Assembly: GCA_041661725.1 (NCBI GenBank)
Contig: JBAZTX010000003.1
Span: forward strand, 218,794 to 282,793
Origin: Patescibacteria group bacterium
GTDB lineage: Bacteria; Patescibacteriota; Patescibacteriia; 2-12-FULL-60-25
Reading direction: 5' to 3'
DNA length: 64,000 bases
Below the pieces are notes generated by a model. That model worked only from the letters and a program-made list of their open reading frames with translations. It ran no database searches and had not been told where the DNA came from. Shown here in pieces: positions 9,604 through 18,578 of this stretch. The position numbers were made by a program, and so were the translations under genes. Positions within the stretch are counted from its first letter, which is position 1. Every line of letters starts with the position of its first letter.

Positions 9604-10586
9604 AGTGTTGATGACGCATTCGTATATTGTTCCGCTTCTGCGGAAGCCGAATGGCCGGTAAGTGTGAGGAAAACGTCATCAAGAGTTGGACGGTGCAGTG
9701 AAAGACTCTCGACATCTATCTTGGATTCCTCCAGCATGGATAAAACTTTTTTCAGGTCAGTCGTTCCGTTTTTGGTGATGACGCTTAAGCTTCTGCGCTT
9801 TGTGTCGCCTTGCATCACGTCTGCCCCGAACAGTTTGAGGGCGTTAAGGTAGCCGCCGTTGTCTTTCATGATTATTTCCAGATGATCGGGTCCGATGCTG
9901 GTTTTAAGTTCGGTCGGCGTTCCCTGTGCGATGACAATGCCTTTATCTATGACGATAATTCTGTCGGCCAGCCTGTCGGCCTCCTCCATATATTGAGTGG
10001 TAAGCAAGATGGTCACGTTTGTTGCTGCGAGTCCCTTGATTATTTCCCACATGGTGATGCGGCTGTGTGGATCCAAGCCGGTCGTTGGCTCGTCGAGAAA
10101 CAGAATGGGCGGCGAGGCGATCAAACTCATGGCCAGATCGATTCTTCTGCGCATGCCTCCGGAATAGGTTTTTACTCGACGATTGCTCTGTTCCACCAGG
10201 TCGAGTCTTTCCAAAAGTTTTTGGCTTAGGTTTTTTGTTTCTTGTTCGCCGAGCCTGTAGAGCATACCTATCATCTCTAGGTTTTCCCTGCCGGTAAGAT
10301 ATTCATCGACAGCGGCATATTGTCCGGTTAAGCCGATGTTGGATCTGACTGCGCCAGACTCATTTCTGACGTCGAAACCGTTTACAGTCGCCGTGCCCTC
10401 ATCTTGCGAAAGCAACGTGCTGAGTATTCTGACGATTGTCGTTTTTCCGGCGCCGTTCGGTCCCAGCAGCGCCAATATTTCGCCGCGTCTCACGTTAAAA
10501 TCTATTCCATCGAGGACTTTTAATTTACCGTACGATTTTTTTAGGTCTTTTACCGCGATTGCGCGGTCCGTGGATGTATTAAGCAT
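9600..10586 (-). CDS. ABC transporter ATP-binding protein (DrrA-like)
   Basis: Walker A GPNGAGKTT, signature YSGGMRRR, Walker B ILFLDEPTTGLD, H-loop region. Confidence 0.9.
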   Translation of the reverse strand: MLNTSTDRAIAVKDLKKSYGKLKVLDGIDFNVRRGEILALLGPNGAGKTTIVRILSTLLSQDEGTATVNGFDVRNESGAVRSNIGLTGQYAAVDEYLTGRENLEMIGMLYRLGEQETKNLSQKLLERLDLVEQSNRRVKTYSGGMRRRIDLAMSLIASPPILFLDEPTTGLDPHSRITMWEIIKGLAATNVTILLTTQYMEEADRLADRIIVIDKGIVIAQGTPTELKTSIGPDHLEIIMKDNGGYLNALKLFGADVMQGDTKRRSLSVITKNGTTDLKKVLSMLEESKIDVESLSLHRPTLDDVFLTLTGHSASAEAEQYTNASSTL

Positions 10587-10775
10587 ATAGGAAAACTTAA
10601 AATACGCTGTTATCCCTGTGGGCGTTTTTTATGCAATCCATCGCAGTTCAGTAACCGTGCGGCTGCCCGGGCCGCGCGTAATTTGCGATGTTTAGTTTGA
10701 AATTTAATCACGGAGCAACCTGTAATTCAAAAGTATACTGACATTTAAAAGCCGTCAAGATATTTTTTATAAACA

Positions 10776-10804
10776 AAAATCCCCCGACATGTTGGGGGAT
10801 TTTA
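10776..10804 (-). terminator. Hairpin terminator after the VOC gene
   Basis: aaaaatcccccgacatgttgggggatttt, a GC stem with flanking A and T runs. Confidence 0.75.
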
Positions 10805-10807
10805 GCG

Positions 10808-11170
10808 TCACGGTCTGTGAAACGTTGCTTCGATGTTATTGCCCTCTGGATCGAGGACAAAGCCGCCATAATATTTCGGACCATAATCCGGACGCGGGCC
10901 GGGCGGGCCGTTGTCTTTGCCTCCGGAAGCAAGGGCGGCATCGTAGAAATCTTTTACCATCTGTTCTGATGTTGCCTTAAAACCGATGTGCGCATACTTG
11001 GCTTTTTCTTCGCCTAAGTTTAACCAAAAATCCCAGGCGTCGCCTTGCTTAAAGCCGGCATAGTCCTCGCCGTCCATCGCGAGCTCGTAGCCAAGCGGCT
11101 TGAGAGCTTTAACGTAAAAATCTTTGGCCCGCTGCATATCGCGGACAAACAATGAGACGTGATCGAGCAT
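10808..11170 (-). CDS. VOC (glyoxalase/bleomycin-resistance) family protein
   Basis: 120 aa. MLDHVSLFVRDMQRAKDFY...HIGF...FVLDPEGNNIE is the typical paired beta-alpha-beta-beta-beta pattern. Confidence 0.8.
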   Translation of the reverse strand: MLDHVSLFVRDMQRAKDFYVKALKPLGYELAMDGEDYAGFKQGDAWDFWLNLGEEKAKYAHIGFKATSEQMVKDFYDAALASGGKDNGPPGPRPDYGPKYYGGFVLDPEGNNIEATFHRP

Positions 11171-11306
11171 ATATTTGGGATTATGAATTATTTTTTTATC
11201 TTATCCGTTGTGCGGCATAAGTCAAACCGCCTGTTGATTGTTTTTGCACTTGCAATCAATAACGTACGGAGTAAGGTCAAAAGATAATTCATCTAACCGC
11301 AAACAT

Positions 11307-11648
11307 ATGAAAAAGTTTGTCGTATTATACATGGCGCCCATCGCCGAGCTGGACAAAATGATGCAAAACACAGACAAAGAAAAAATGCGTGAGATGGATG
11401 CGATTTGGTTAAAATGGATCGCTGACCACAAAGACAGTTTTGTGGATCAAGGCGCGCCGCTGGGTAAAAACAAACGCGTAACAAAAGAAGGAATTAACGA
11501 CATCAGGAACGAGGTAACGGGTTATGCCGTCGTCCAAGCCGAGTCGCACGAAGATGCCTGCAAAATTTTTGAGGATAATCCTATGTTTGAGATGCCGGGG
11601 GCGTATGTTGAGGTTCTGGCGTGGGTGGAGATGCCGACGACTAAGTAG
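11307..11648 (+). CDS. Hypothetical small protein (possible dimeric alpha/beta-barrel type)
   Basis: 113 aa from the first ATG (MKKFVVLYMAP...). The ORF-track start at 11238 is a non-ATG extension. I recognise no diagnostic motif. Confidence 0.55.
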   Translation: MKKFVVLYMAPIAELDKMMQNTDKEKMREMDAIWLKWIADHKDSFVDQGAPLGKNKRVTKEGINDIRNEVTGYAVVQAESHEDACKIFEDNPMFEMPGAYVEVLAWVEMPTTK

Positions 11649-11667
11649 TCGATTTGCTTTGGCAAAA

Positions 11668-11695
11668 TAAAAACGACGGTTTGTCCGTCGTTTTT
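11668..11695 (+). terminator. Hairpin terminator
   Basis: aaaacgacggtttgtccgtcgttttt. Confidence 0.75.
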
Positions 11696-11794
11696 ACATG
11701 GGATCACATTGTCGAGGTTGTCCGCACTGTTATAGCGAGTTTACCACTGTATTCATACATCTCTGTCTGGTCCAAGTTAATTTTTTTTAGACAT

Positions 11795-12112
11795 TTATTT
11801 CCACGTTCTTTTTTTATTGATTTCTTCTTTGTATCTGAATGATCGTTCAAGATCGATATTGTGCCGATTCGCAATTGAACACAGGAATATCAAGATATCA
11901 GCCAACTCCTCATCGATTGAACCAACGATTGAGTTTGGATCGGTACGCATTTTTTCGCTCTTTCTAATAGCTTTAAACAATTCACCGACTTCTTCTCCAA
12001 GCATTAATGACTTTTCTAGCACGGTTTGAGTTGTGAAACCTCTCTCTTTTTCTAATTCAACAACATATTGTTGAATGTTTTTTAGTGTTGGATCCTCTTT
12101 TAATTCTGGCAT
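11795..12112 (-). CDS. MazG-like all-alpha nucleotide pyrophosphohydrolase
   Basis: EEVGELFKAIRK...EELADILIFLCSIANRHNIDLERSFRYKEEINKKR is the MazG/YpjD-type metal-binding helix pair. First ATG used (MPELKED...). The region is AT-rich. Confidence 0.7.
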   Translation of the reverse strand: MPELKEDPTLKNIQQYVVELEKERGFTTQTVLEKSLMLGEEVGELFKAIRKSEKMRTDPNSIVGSIDEELADILIFLCSIANRHNIDLERSFRYKEEINKKRTWK

Positions 12113-12200
12113 ACTTTTTTCGTTACAGCTTATTTTAACAGAGGTGAAATAATTTAACAATAAAAAATGATGCAGACAGAGCGATTACTGCACCTTGCTT

Positions 12201-13112
12201 CTACGCTTTGTTCATCGATATACCGACGTACTTGTTAATGTGATTGCGCTTGTAAGGGTATCTTGCCCAGATGTCAGTCATGGATTCTGTTCTGAGATCT
12301 CCGAGATAAAGGACGCATTCCGGCTGGTCAAAGACGGGCCATGCATGGACTCGCTGATCGGGGTAGACGATGATAGCGTATCCTTCAGTGTTTTTCTCCC
12401 AGAAAGTAAACTTGATTCTAGGCTTCCATCCAAGTCTCTCTTTCAACTGCTTCAGTTCAACGAACTTAGCCATGATATCCGCTGAACTTGCGAAATCGTC
12501 GCCAATTAGGCTTTTTGCACGTCCTCGCAGGATAGGGATCACCATTTTGACCTTAACGATGTTCAAGATATCGGCTATTTGGATGACGTAGCTCAGATGA
12601 GGCAATGTCTTTTGGAGAATCACTGTAGACAATGACACTTCGATGTCTGCATCTCTCAGGGCAAGTAAGCCCTGAATGATGCCATCGAAATTGCCTCGAA
12701 CTTGGTCGTTAATCAGTCGTGGACCATCTAGCCCAGCGTTGACGTAGTGAACTTTTCCCTTGAGCTTTTTACAGACATCGGGAGTCATCAATATGCTGTT
12801 GGTTGGAAGTCCCAAGACTTGAAATGCTCCGTGGTACATTTCGATGACTTCGAAAATGTCCTTTCGAACGAGTGGTTCGCCGCCAGATAAATAAATTCTC
12901 GGAGTACCTGTCAGTTTTATTTTTAACGTTTCGAGATCTTCCTGGCTAGGTTCTTGATAGATTTCAGATTCACTACAGAATTCGCATGCAAGATTACATC
13001 GTCTGGTGACTTGAACGATCACGGAGAGAGGCCCGCTGACTTTTGCATAGTCAAGGCTACTGTTGTCTGCTGAGAATTCGTGATTCGCGAAATCGAAAAA
13101 GATTTTACTCAT
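12201..13112 (-). CDS. Radical SAM enzyme, 303 aa, no SPASM/twitch Cys cluster
   Basis: VTRRCNLACEFC (C-x3-C-x2-C) and SGGEPL. Its size and single-cluster layout resemble MoaA-core or viperin-size enzymes, but the family cannot be assigned by eye. It has an SD (aaaaggag). Confidence 0.8.
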   Translation of the reverse strand: MSKIFFDFANHEFSADNSSLDYAKVSGPLSVIVQVTRRCNLACEFCSESEIYQEPSQEDLETLKIKLTGTPRIYLSGGEPLVRKDIFEVIEMYHGAFQVLGLPTNSILMTPDVCKKLKGKVHYVNAGLDGPRLINDQVRGNFDGIIQGLLALRDADIEVSLSTVILQKTLPHLSYVIQIADILNIVKVKMVIPILRGRAKSLIGDDFASSADIMAKFVELKQLKERLGWKPRIKFTFWEKNTEGYAIIVYPDQRVHAWPVFDQPECVLYLGDLRTESMTDIWARYPYKRNHINKYVGISMNKA

Positions 13113-13172
13113 GGTTCCTACTCCTTTTCTTAACTTTCTCGTTGCCTCTTTGCGTTGTTAAGGGGCAGCATT

Positions 13173-13201
13173 ATTTGATCATAAATGATCATTTTGGTCA
13201 A
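13173..13201 (-). promoter_or_regulatory. Promoter with embedded perfect palindrome (candidate operator) for the radical SAM-MazG pair
   Basis: Minus strand reads TTGACC, 17 nt spacer, TCAAAT. The spacer and -10 box contain the inverted repeat tgatcat-aa-atgatca (13176-13191). Confidence 0.55.
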
Positions 13202-13320
13202 TACTTACACCTTGAATTCGTTTATAATCTGCCATGGAGTATACGATTTGCTTTTTGTTAGCACCCACCATAAACTCTCAACCAAAACAAAATCCGACCT
13301 TTTGCGAGATCGGATTTTGG

Positions 13321-13395
13321 TGGGGTGACCAGAGGGAGTTGAACCCTCGCCAGCGGGACCACAACCCGCTGTTCTACCGTTAAACTATGGCCACC
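13321..13395 (-). tRNA. tRNA-His (anticodon GTG), CCA encoded
   Basis: Reverse complement is GGTGGCCATAGTTTAACGGTAGAACAGCGGGTTGTGGTCCCGCTGGCGAGGGTTCAACTCCCTCTGGTCACCCCA. The acceptor stem includes a G-1:C73 pair, the anticodon loop is TTGTGGT and the T-arm is GGGTTCAACTCCC. Confidence 0.9.
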
Positions 13396-13508
13396 ATGCT
13401 CAATGAACAATGAACAATTAAAAATTTACAATTTAACTGCCGGTTGCTCACAAATAAAAGTACGCGGTGATATTTATACCGTATTTTGCGGTCTTTGGCA
13501 AGATTGGG

Positions 13509-13901
13509 TTATTCTTCAATCATTTTGCGCATTTTATCCCAATAGTGCTCTTTCCATCCGGCGGCGACCATGTCGTATTTGTCCTCCGGAATTCCGGTTT
13601 GGGTGAATATCAGTTTGCAGCCGTCGTCCGTGGGAAAAATCTCAAAAGTGACGGTGGAAAAATGTCCTTCCGGCCAATCTGAACCTCGCCAGGTTTGAAC
13701 GATTCTGGCATTGTGGTGCAGTTCCTCGTTAACCGCCTGGATCATACCGTCGTATGCGCTGACGGAGCCGCCGATCTCGCGGTTTATCTCCGCTTTGGCG
13801 CCGGTAAATTGCGAATGCTTGTCCGAATCCAGCAGCATCTCATAAATGACATGTGGGCCGGCTTTAAGCCCGATTTCTTGTTGCAGGCTTTTTGTGTTCA
13901 T
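13509..13901 (-). CDS. SRPBCC / AHSA1 (activator of Hsp90 ATPase-like) domain protein
   Basis: 130 aa. ...RIVQTWRGSDWPEGHFSTVTFEIFPTDDGCKLIFTQTGIPEDKYDMVAAGWKEHYW is typical of the family. Confidence 0.75.
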   Translation of the reverse strand: MNTKSLQQEIGLKAGPHVIYEMLLDSDKHSQFTGAKAEINREIGGSVSAYDGMIQAVNEELHHNARIVQTWRGSDWPEGHFSTVTFEIFPTDDGCKLIFTQTGIPEDKYDMVAAGWKEHYWDKMRKMIEE

Positions 13902-13970
13902 AGCGAGTTGAGTTAATTATAAATTTTGACGTTGCTAACGTTTTAGAAACCAAAGATCTTTTGGAACCTT

Positions 13971-14291
13971 TTATTTGGTTTGCAGTTTTTTGGATTTTTC
14001 GGCGCGCTTTAGTGCGAGTAAAAATCCGCCCCCGCCCTTTTTTACCCATTTGGACGTTCGGGCAACGGTCGTTGAGCTTAATGACGTGGCTTTTTGTATG
14101 TCCGCATAAGACATGCCGGCGTTAAGCATTTTTACAACTTGCCAGCGTTTTGCAAAATCCTCAATTTCTTCCGGGGTTAATAAATCATGAAAAAACAACT
14201 CAGCTTCGTGAAGAGTTTTTAAACTCAGGATAATATTATACAGTTCGATTTTATTTAACGCGCGTTTATTCATAAGTGCGAGGTTATGCAC
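13971..14291 (-). CDS. TrpR-like YerC/YecD family DNA-binding protein
   Basis: LLTPEEIEDFAKRWQVVKMLNAGMSYADIQKATSLSSTTVARTSKW matches the YerC/YecD pattern. Confidence 0.8.
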   Translation of the reverse strand: MHNLALMNKRALNKIELYNIILSLKTLHEAELFFHDLLTPEEIEDFAKRWQVVKMLNAGMSYADIQKATSLSSTTVARTSKWVKKGGGGFLLALKRAEKSKKLQTK

Positions 14292-14761
14292 TTACTTTAC
14301 TACGATAAAGGAGAAAGTCAAAGTTTATAAATAGTCTGATTTACGGCGATTTGATAAGTTTTATCACCGATTATCAACAAAGATGAGATAAAATACTTTA
14401 TTTGAGTAAAGTGCACATGTGGATAAAATGATGCAAGTTTAGCTCGGTTAAGCGTCAAAAATGTCTTTTTTGACAAGATGTGCAAAGGTATGGGAAGTTT
14501 AATGAAATAGAACTTGAAAATGGATGCATCGGAAGAAAGGTGCCATTAAATTTAACCATAATTTTCGGCAGGATCGGCAGCTTAAGGAGTCGGGTACAAT
14601 TAAAGATTGCAAACACGCGAATAATTTTTTGCGATTTGCGTTATTTTGAGAAGCCACGACCTGTCTGTCTTTTTCAAACTCTTTTTAAACCTTGAGCCGG
14701 TCATTAGTCATCAGTCATTTGTCTTTAGTCTTTAGTCATTAGTTTTCCTAACCCCACTGAT

Positions 14762-17700
14762 ATGATCTTCGAAGATCCAACCCGCAGACGCTGGCGGATT
14801 GCAGTCGCGTCCTTTACGCTCATGGCCTTGCTCGGCTTGGTTTTAGTTAGCCTTTCGGCGGCTGCACTTATGACCAACCCGGAGCTTCCGGGTTTGGATG
14901 ATGGGACTAAAACTGCAAACGCAGCGTCGAGCCAACAAACGTCGATAGATGTTTTTGATGCTGTGTCGCAACCAAAGACGACGGAACAATGGAAATACAC
15001 GGGACCTGCAGTCGATGCGACCTTGATGGGTGCGGCGGTTACCGGCACCGCGCTGCTTGCATCTGTTTCAAAAAAAGGTTCTGCACTCAGCTCGGCTTTT
15101 TTATTGCAGCAAGACTCAAACAGCGTGCGTTCTTTTAAGGGGCATACTGCAAATTTAGACGTTGTATATCCGGATTGGTTTTTTCTTTCGCGTACCGATT
15201 GTTCGGTCGATGAGCGCATTAACCCGGATGTGACTTCAGTGTTGCATTCATCCGGCGTAAATATTGTGGCAAGATTGACTGACGGTGAGGGTCAGGCGAG
15301 CTATCAAAAGCAAGCGTCCGCCGTGATGAACGATCCGACTCTGCGCACCTGCGTGGCGCAAAAGCTGGCGGAAGAGACAATAAAAAATGGTGGCAAGGGT
15401 TTGTTGGTAGACATCGAGTCGCTGGATCCTGCGGATGGAAATGCGTATTTGAGTTTTTTGATTGAGTTGCAAAAATATTTGCACGCGCAGAACATGTGGT
15501 TAATTGTTGTGGTGCCTTCGGGCAGCCAGGCTTATCCGGTTGATGCGATCTCCAAAATTTCCGATGCGGTTCTTGTCGTCATGCACGGCGAACATTACGC
15601 TGCGAGCGCGCCCGGTCCGCTCGCAAGCCAAGGTTGGTTTGAAGAAACTCTAAATCATTTTTCGCAGATTGTTCCCGCAGACAAGCTCTTGGTCGGCTTG
15701 GGATCTTACGGTATGGACTGGCCGATTGCGCCTACTGGTACTGCCAGCGGCCTGACTTACGGCGAAATCATGTCCACTGCAAAAGTCTCCGGGGCGTTGC
15801 CAAAACTTGCGCCGAAAAGTTTGAATACGACTTTCGGTTATCAAGATGCAAACGGAGCAGAGCACAACGTGTGGGTGCTGGATGCGCTTGCGTTGTGGAA
15901 TCAGTGGAAGAAAGTCCAAACCGAAAAATCTCTCGGCGTCGCGGTTTGGCGATTGGGTTCCGAAGATCCAAATATTTGGAGTTTTTTGGCGAAATCAAAT
16001 CCAAGTATTGATGCGCTTAAAACTATCGGATCTATTTACAGCGTTTATTCTTCCACCGGCTCAGAGATTTTTAAGATTCAGTCCAACCCAACAAACGGCA
16101 GCATAAACATTTCGCAAAACAAAGACGGTTTGATACAAAATGCTGATTATACCAAATTGCCGTCCGGTTATATTTTATCGAGAGTAGGGAGTGCGCCTCC
16201 GGAGAAATCTTTGGTCTTGGCTTTTAGCGGCGGTCCGGATCCGGTTTGGACTCAGCGCATCATGGATACGCTCTCTTCTTTTGGAGTTCCGGCAGTGTTT
16301 TTTGTCACCGGCAGTCAAGCTGGTAAATATCCCGACGTATTGCAAAAGATTTCTGCGGCCGGTTATGTCATCGGAAATCGCAGCGACATCAGCCCGTCTG
16401 ATTTGCAGAGCGTTCCGACCGATCAGTTGAGAACGGAAGTGAATGCAACGCAGCGCATGATTGAAAATGCGACAAACCGTCACAGTCTGTTGTTTGAAAC
16501 AAACTATCCAAATACTCCGGAAGACGTCGCGCCGCTGACAACCGTTGCGGATTTGGGTTATGTGATTGTTGCGCCGAATGTCACGCCTAAAGATTGGGAG
16601 TCGACGGATGCTGATCAGCTTGTGGCTGATATTGAAAAGCGGATTACGGCACCGGAAAGTCACATAATATCTTTGCATGACGGCGGAGGCGATCGATCGG
16701 TTTTGATTTCTGCACTCAAGACGTTGATTCCCGCACTGCAGTCAAAAGGATATAAATTTATACGCATGGACGAGGCGATCGGTGTCAGTCAAAATCAACT
16801 TCTTCCGTCATATAACGGCAATGAAGCGGTTTTTGTAACCGCGACAAACATCGTGGATCGTATGCGCAATTTGTTTTGGCCGACCATCTTTTGGCTTTTC
16901 TTGATGACCACGTCTTTCTCGCTGTTTAGAATTTTGTTCATGAGCATCTTTGTTCTGCGCTCGACTAAAAAACACGGACGCAACAAAATCAGGGCACCGG
17001 GGAACAAATTCGTTTCTGTTTTGATTCCGGCTTACAACGAAGAAAAAACGATAGGCAAAACATTAGAGTCTTTGCAGGCCAGTACTCATCAACGTATGGA
17101 GATGATTGTCATTGATGACGGAAGTACGGATAGGACGGCTGAAGTGGTTGAGGAATATGCGGCCAAAGATTCTCGCATACGCTTGATTCGCAAACCCAAT
17201 GGCGGCAAGGCGACGGCACTTAATATGGGAATGCGCGAAGCGACTTATGATATTGCGGTCACGATTGACGCTGACACGATTTTGTTGCCGGAAACGGTCA
17301 ATGAATTAATTAAGCCTTTCGGCGATCCCACGGTCGACGCGGTTTGCGGCAATGTAGAAGTCGGCAACGTGCACAATGTACTCACCGGTTTTCAGGCGCT
17401 TGAATATATCACGGCACAGAATTTTGATCGGCGTTGTTTTGAGGAATTAAATGCGATCAGCGTTGTGCCGGGCGCGACAGGCGCATGGAAACGTCAAAGG
17501 GTTTTGGATATCGGCGGTTATGAAAGCGACACGCTTACGGAAGATGCGGATTTGACCATCAAAATGCTGGCCAGCGGCGGTCGAATCGTTTACGCGCCAA
17601 ACGCGCGTTCCAGAACAGAAGCGCCGGATAACCTCAGAGATCTTTCCAAACAGCGTTTTCGTTGGAGCTTTGGCACCTTCCAGTGTCTGGGCAAATATTC

Positions 17701-18088
17701 AAACTACTTTTTTAGAGGCGCAGTCGGCTGGGTGGCTCTGCCTAACATTTTTATCTTTCAAATCATCTTTCCGCTGCTTGCTCCAATCGGCGATGCCGTA
17801 TTTATCTTGTCGTTGATCAGGGGGGATTTCTCAGTTTTGTTCTGGAGTTATATATTTTTTACGATCATGGACGTCATCGGTTCGATGTTCGCGTTTCTTT
17901 TGGAGCACAAACCAAAACGCCTGATGCTCTTTGTTTTGATTCAAAGGTTCTACTATCGTCAGTTCATGTACGTCACGATCATTCGTGCTATCATCGCCAT
18001 GCTGCGCGGCCGCCGTTACGGTTGGAACAAGCTTCAACGCACCGGCACGGTCGCCGCCGCTCCGTCGTTGGCTGAAAAAGCCGGTTGA
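14762..18088 (+). CDS. Tripartite membrane protein: GH18-like domain + degenerate NodB/CE4 deacetylase-like domain + GT2 processive glycosyltransferase (PgaC/IcaA-like)
   Basis: N-terminal TM, then a GH18-like region (GLLVDIESLD). The CE4-like region (PAVFFVTG, IISLHDGGG) has FSGGPD where TFDDG is expected. The GT2 region has VSVLIPAYNEE, DADT, TEDADLT and QRFRWSFG, followed by C-terminal TM helices. Confidence 0.8.
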   Translation: MIFEDPTRRRWRIAVASFTLMALLGLVLVSLSAAALMTNPELPGLDDGTKTANAASSQQTSIDVFDAVSQPKTTEQWKYTGPAVDATLMGAAVTGTALLASVSKKGSALSSAFLLQQDSNSVRSFKGHTANLDVVYPDWFFLSRTDCSVDERINPDVTSVLHSSGVNIVARLTDGEGQASYQKQASAVMNDPTLRTCVAQKLAEETIKNGGKGLLVDIESLDPADGNAYLSFLIELQKYLHAQNMWLIVVVPSGSQAYPVDAISKISDAVLVVMHGEHYAASAPGPLASQGWFEETLNHFSQIVPADKLLVGLGSYGMDWPIAPTGTASGLTYGEIMSTAKVSGALPKLAPKSLNTTFGYQDANGAEHNVWVLDALALWNQWKKVQTEKSLGVAVWRLGSEDPNIWSFLAKSNPSIDALKTIGSIYSVYSSTGSEIFKIQSNPTNGSINISQNKDGLIQNADYTKLPSGYILSRVGSAPPEKSLVLAFSGGPDPVWTQRIMDTLSSFGVPAVFFVTGSQAGKYPDVLQKISAAGYVIGNRSDISPSDLQSVPTDQLRTEVNATQRMIENATNRHSLLFETNYPNTPEDVAPLTTVADLGYVIVAPNVTPKDWESTDADQLVADIEKRITAPESHIISLHDGGGDRSVLISALKTLIPALQSKGYKFIRMDEAIGVSQNQLLPSYNGNEAVFVTATNIVDRMRNLFWPTIFWLFLMTTSFSLFRILFMSIFVLRSTKKHGRNKIRAPGNKFVSVLIPAYNEEKTIGKTLESLQASTHQRMEMIVIDDGSTDRTAEVVEEYAAKDSRIRLIRKPNGGKATALNMGMREATYDIAVTIDADTILLPETVNELIKPFGDPTVDAVCGNVEVGNVHNVLTGFQALEYITAQNFDRRCFEELNAISVVPGATGAWKRQRVLDIGGYESDTLTEDADLTIKMLASGGRIVYAPNARSRTEAPDNLRDLSKQRFRWSFGTFQCLGKYSNYFFRGAVGWVALPNIFIFQIIFPLLAPIGDAVFILSLIRGDFSVLFWSYIFFTIMDVIGSMFAFLLEHKPKRLMLFVLIQRFYYRQFMYVTIIRAIIAMLRGRRYGWNKLQRTGTVAAAPSLAEKAG

Positions 18089-18176
18089 TGAGTTTAGAGT
18101 TAGACGCAAGATTTTGCGTCTCTACACAAACTCTTCAACCCCTGTCGTCTGTCGTCTAATACCTGTTGTCTATATT

Positions 18177-18536
18177 ATGTTTACTGCCGCGAACGTTACA
18201 GTCATGGTTAAGGATTTGGATATGGCCATCGAATTTTATCGCGACGTGCTGGGTTTGGCATTGACAAATCGTTATCAAAATCATTGGGCGGAGATCAGAG
18301 GTCCTGATTTGTTGATAGGACTTCATCCTGCGGGCGATAAAAAAATCGAGAACAGCGGCAATCTCTCAATCGGTTTTGGGACGATGACTTTTGATCAAGA
18401 TGTATTGATGCTCGAAGAAAAAGGAATAAGACTTGAAGTTAAAGATGCAGAATTGAGCCGTATGGCCTATTTTAAAGATCCCGATGGCACGCCGCTTTAT
18501 GTGCGCGAGATGAAGGTGAGTGAAAGCGAGATGTAA
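18177..18536 (+). CDS. VOC (glyoxalase) family protein
   Basis: MFTAANVTVMVKDLDMAIEFYRDVLGL...YFKDPDGTPLYV. First ATG in the frame; the upstream part of the ORF-track ORF overlaps the previous gene. Confidence 0.75.
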   Translation: MFTAANVTVMVKDLDMAIEFYRDVLGLALTNRYQNHWAEIRGPDLLIGLHPAGDKKIENSGNLSIGFGTMTFDQDVLMLEEKGIRLEVKDAELSRMAYFKDPDGTPLYVREMKVSESEM

Positions 18537-18578
18537 AAAAAGATCGACCGAGAAGGTCGAACGAGAACGGGCCGACGT

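Noticed and set aside
10591-10758. A riboswitch or leader peptide in the ~150 nt leader of the ABC exporter operon (TTGACG...TATACT at about 10732-10758, minus strand).
   Set aside because: The promoter spacer is only ~15 nt. I recognise no known riboswitch core or short leader ORF. This is too weak to report as a finding.
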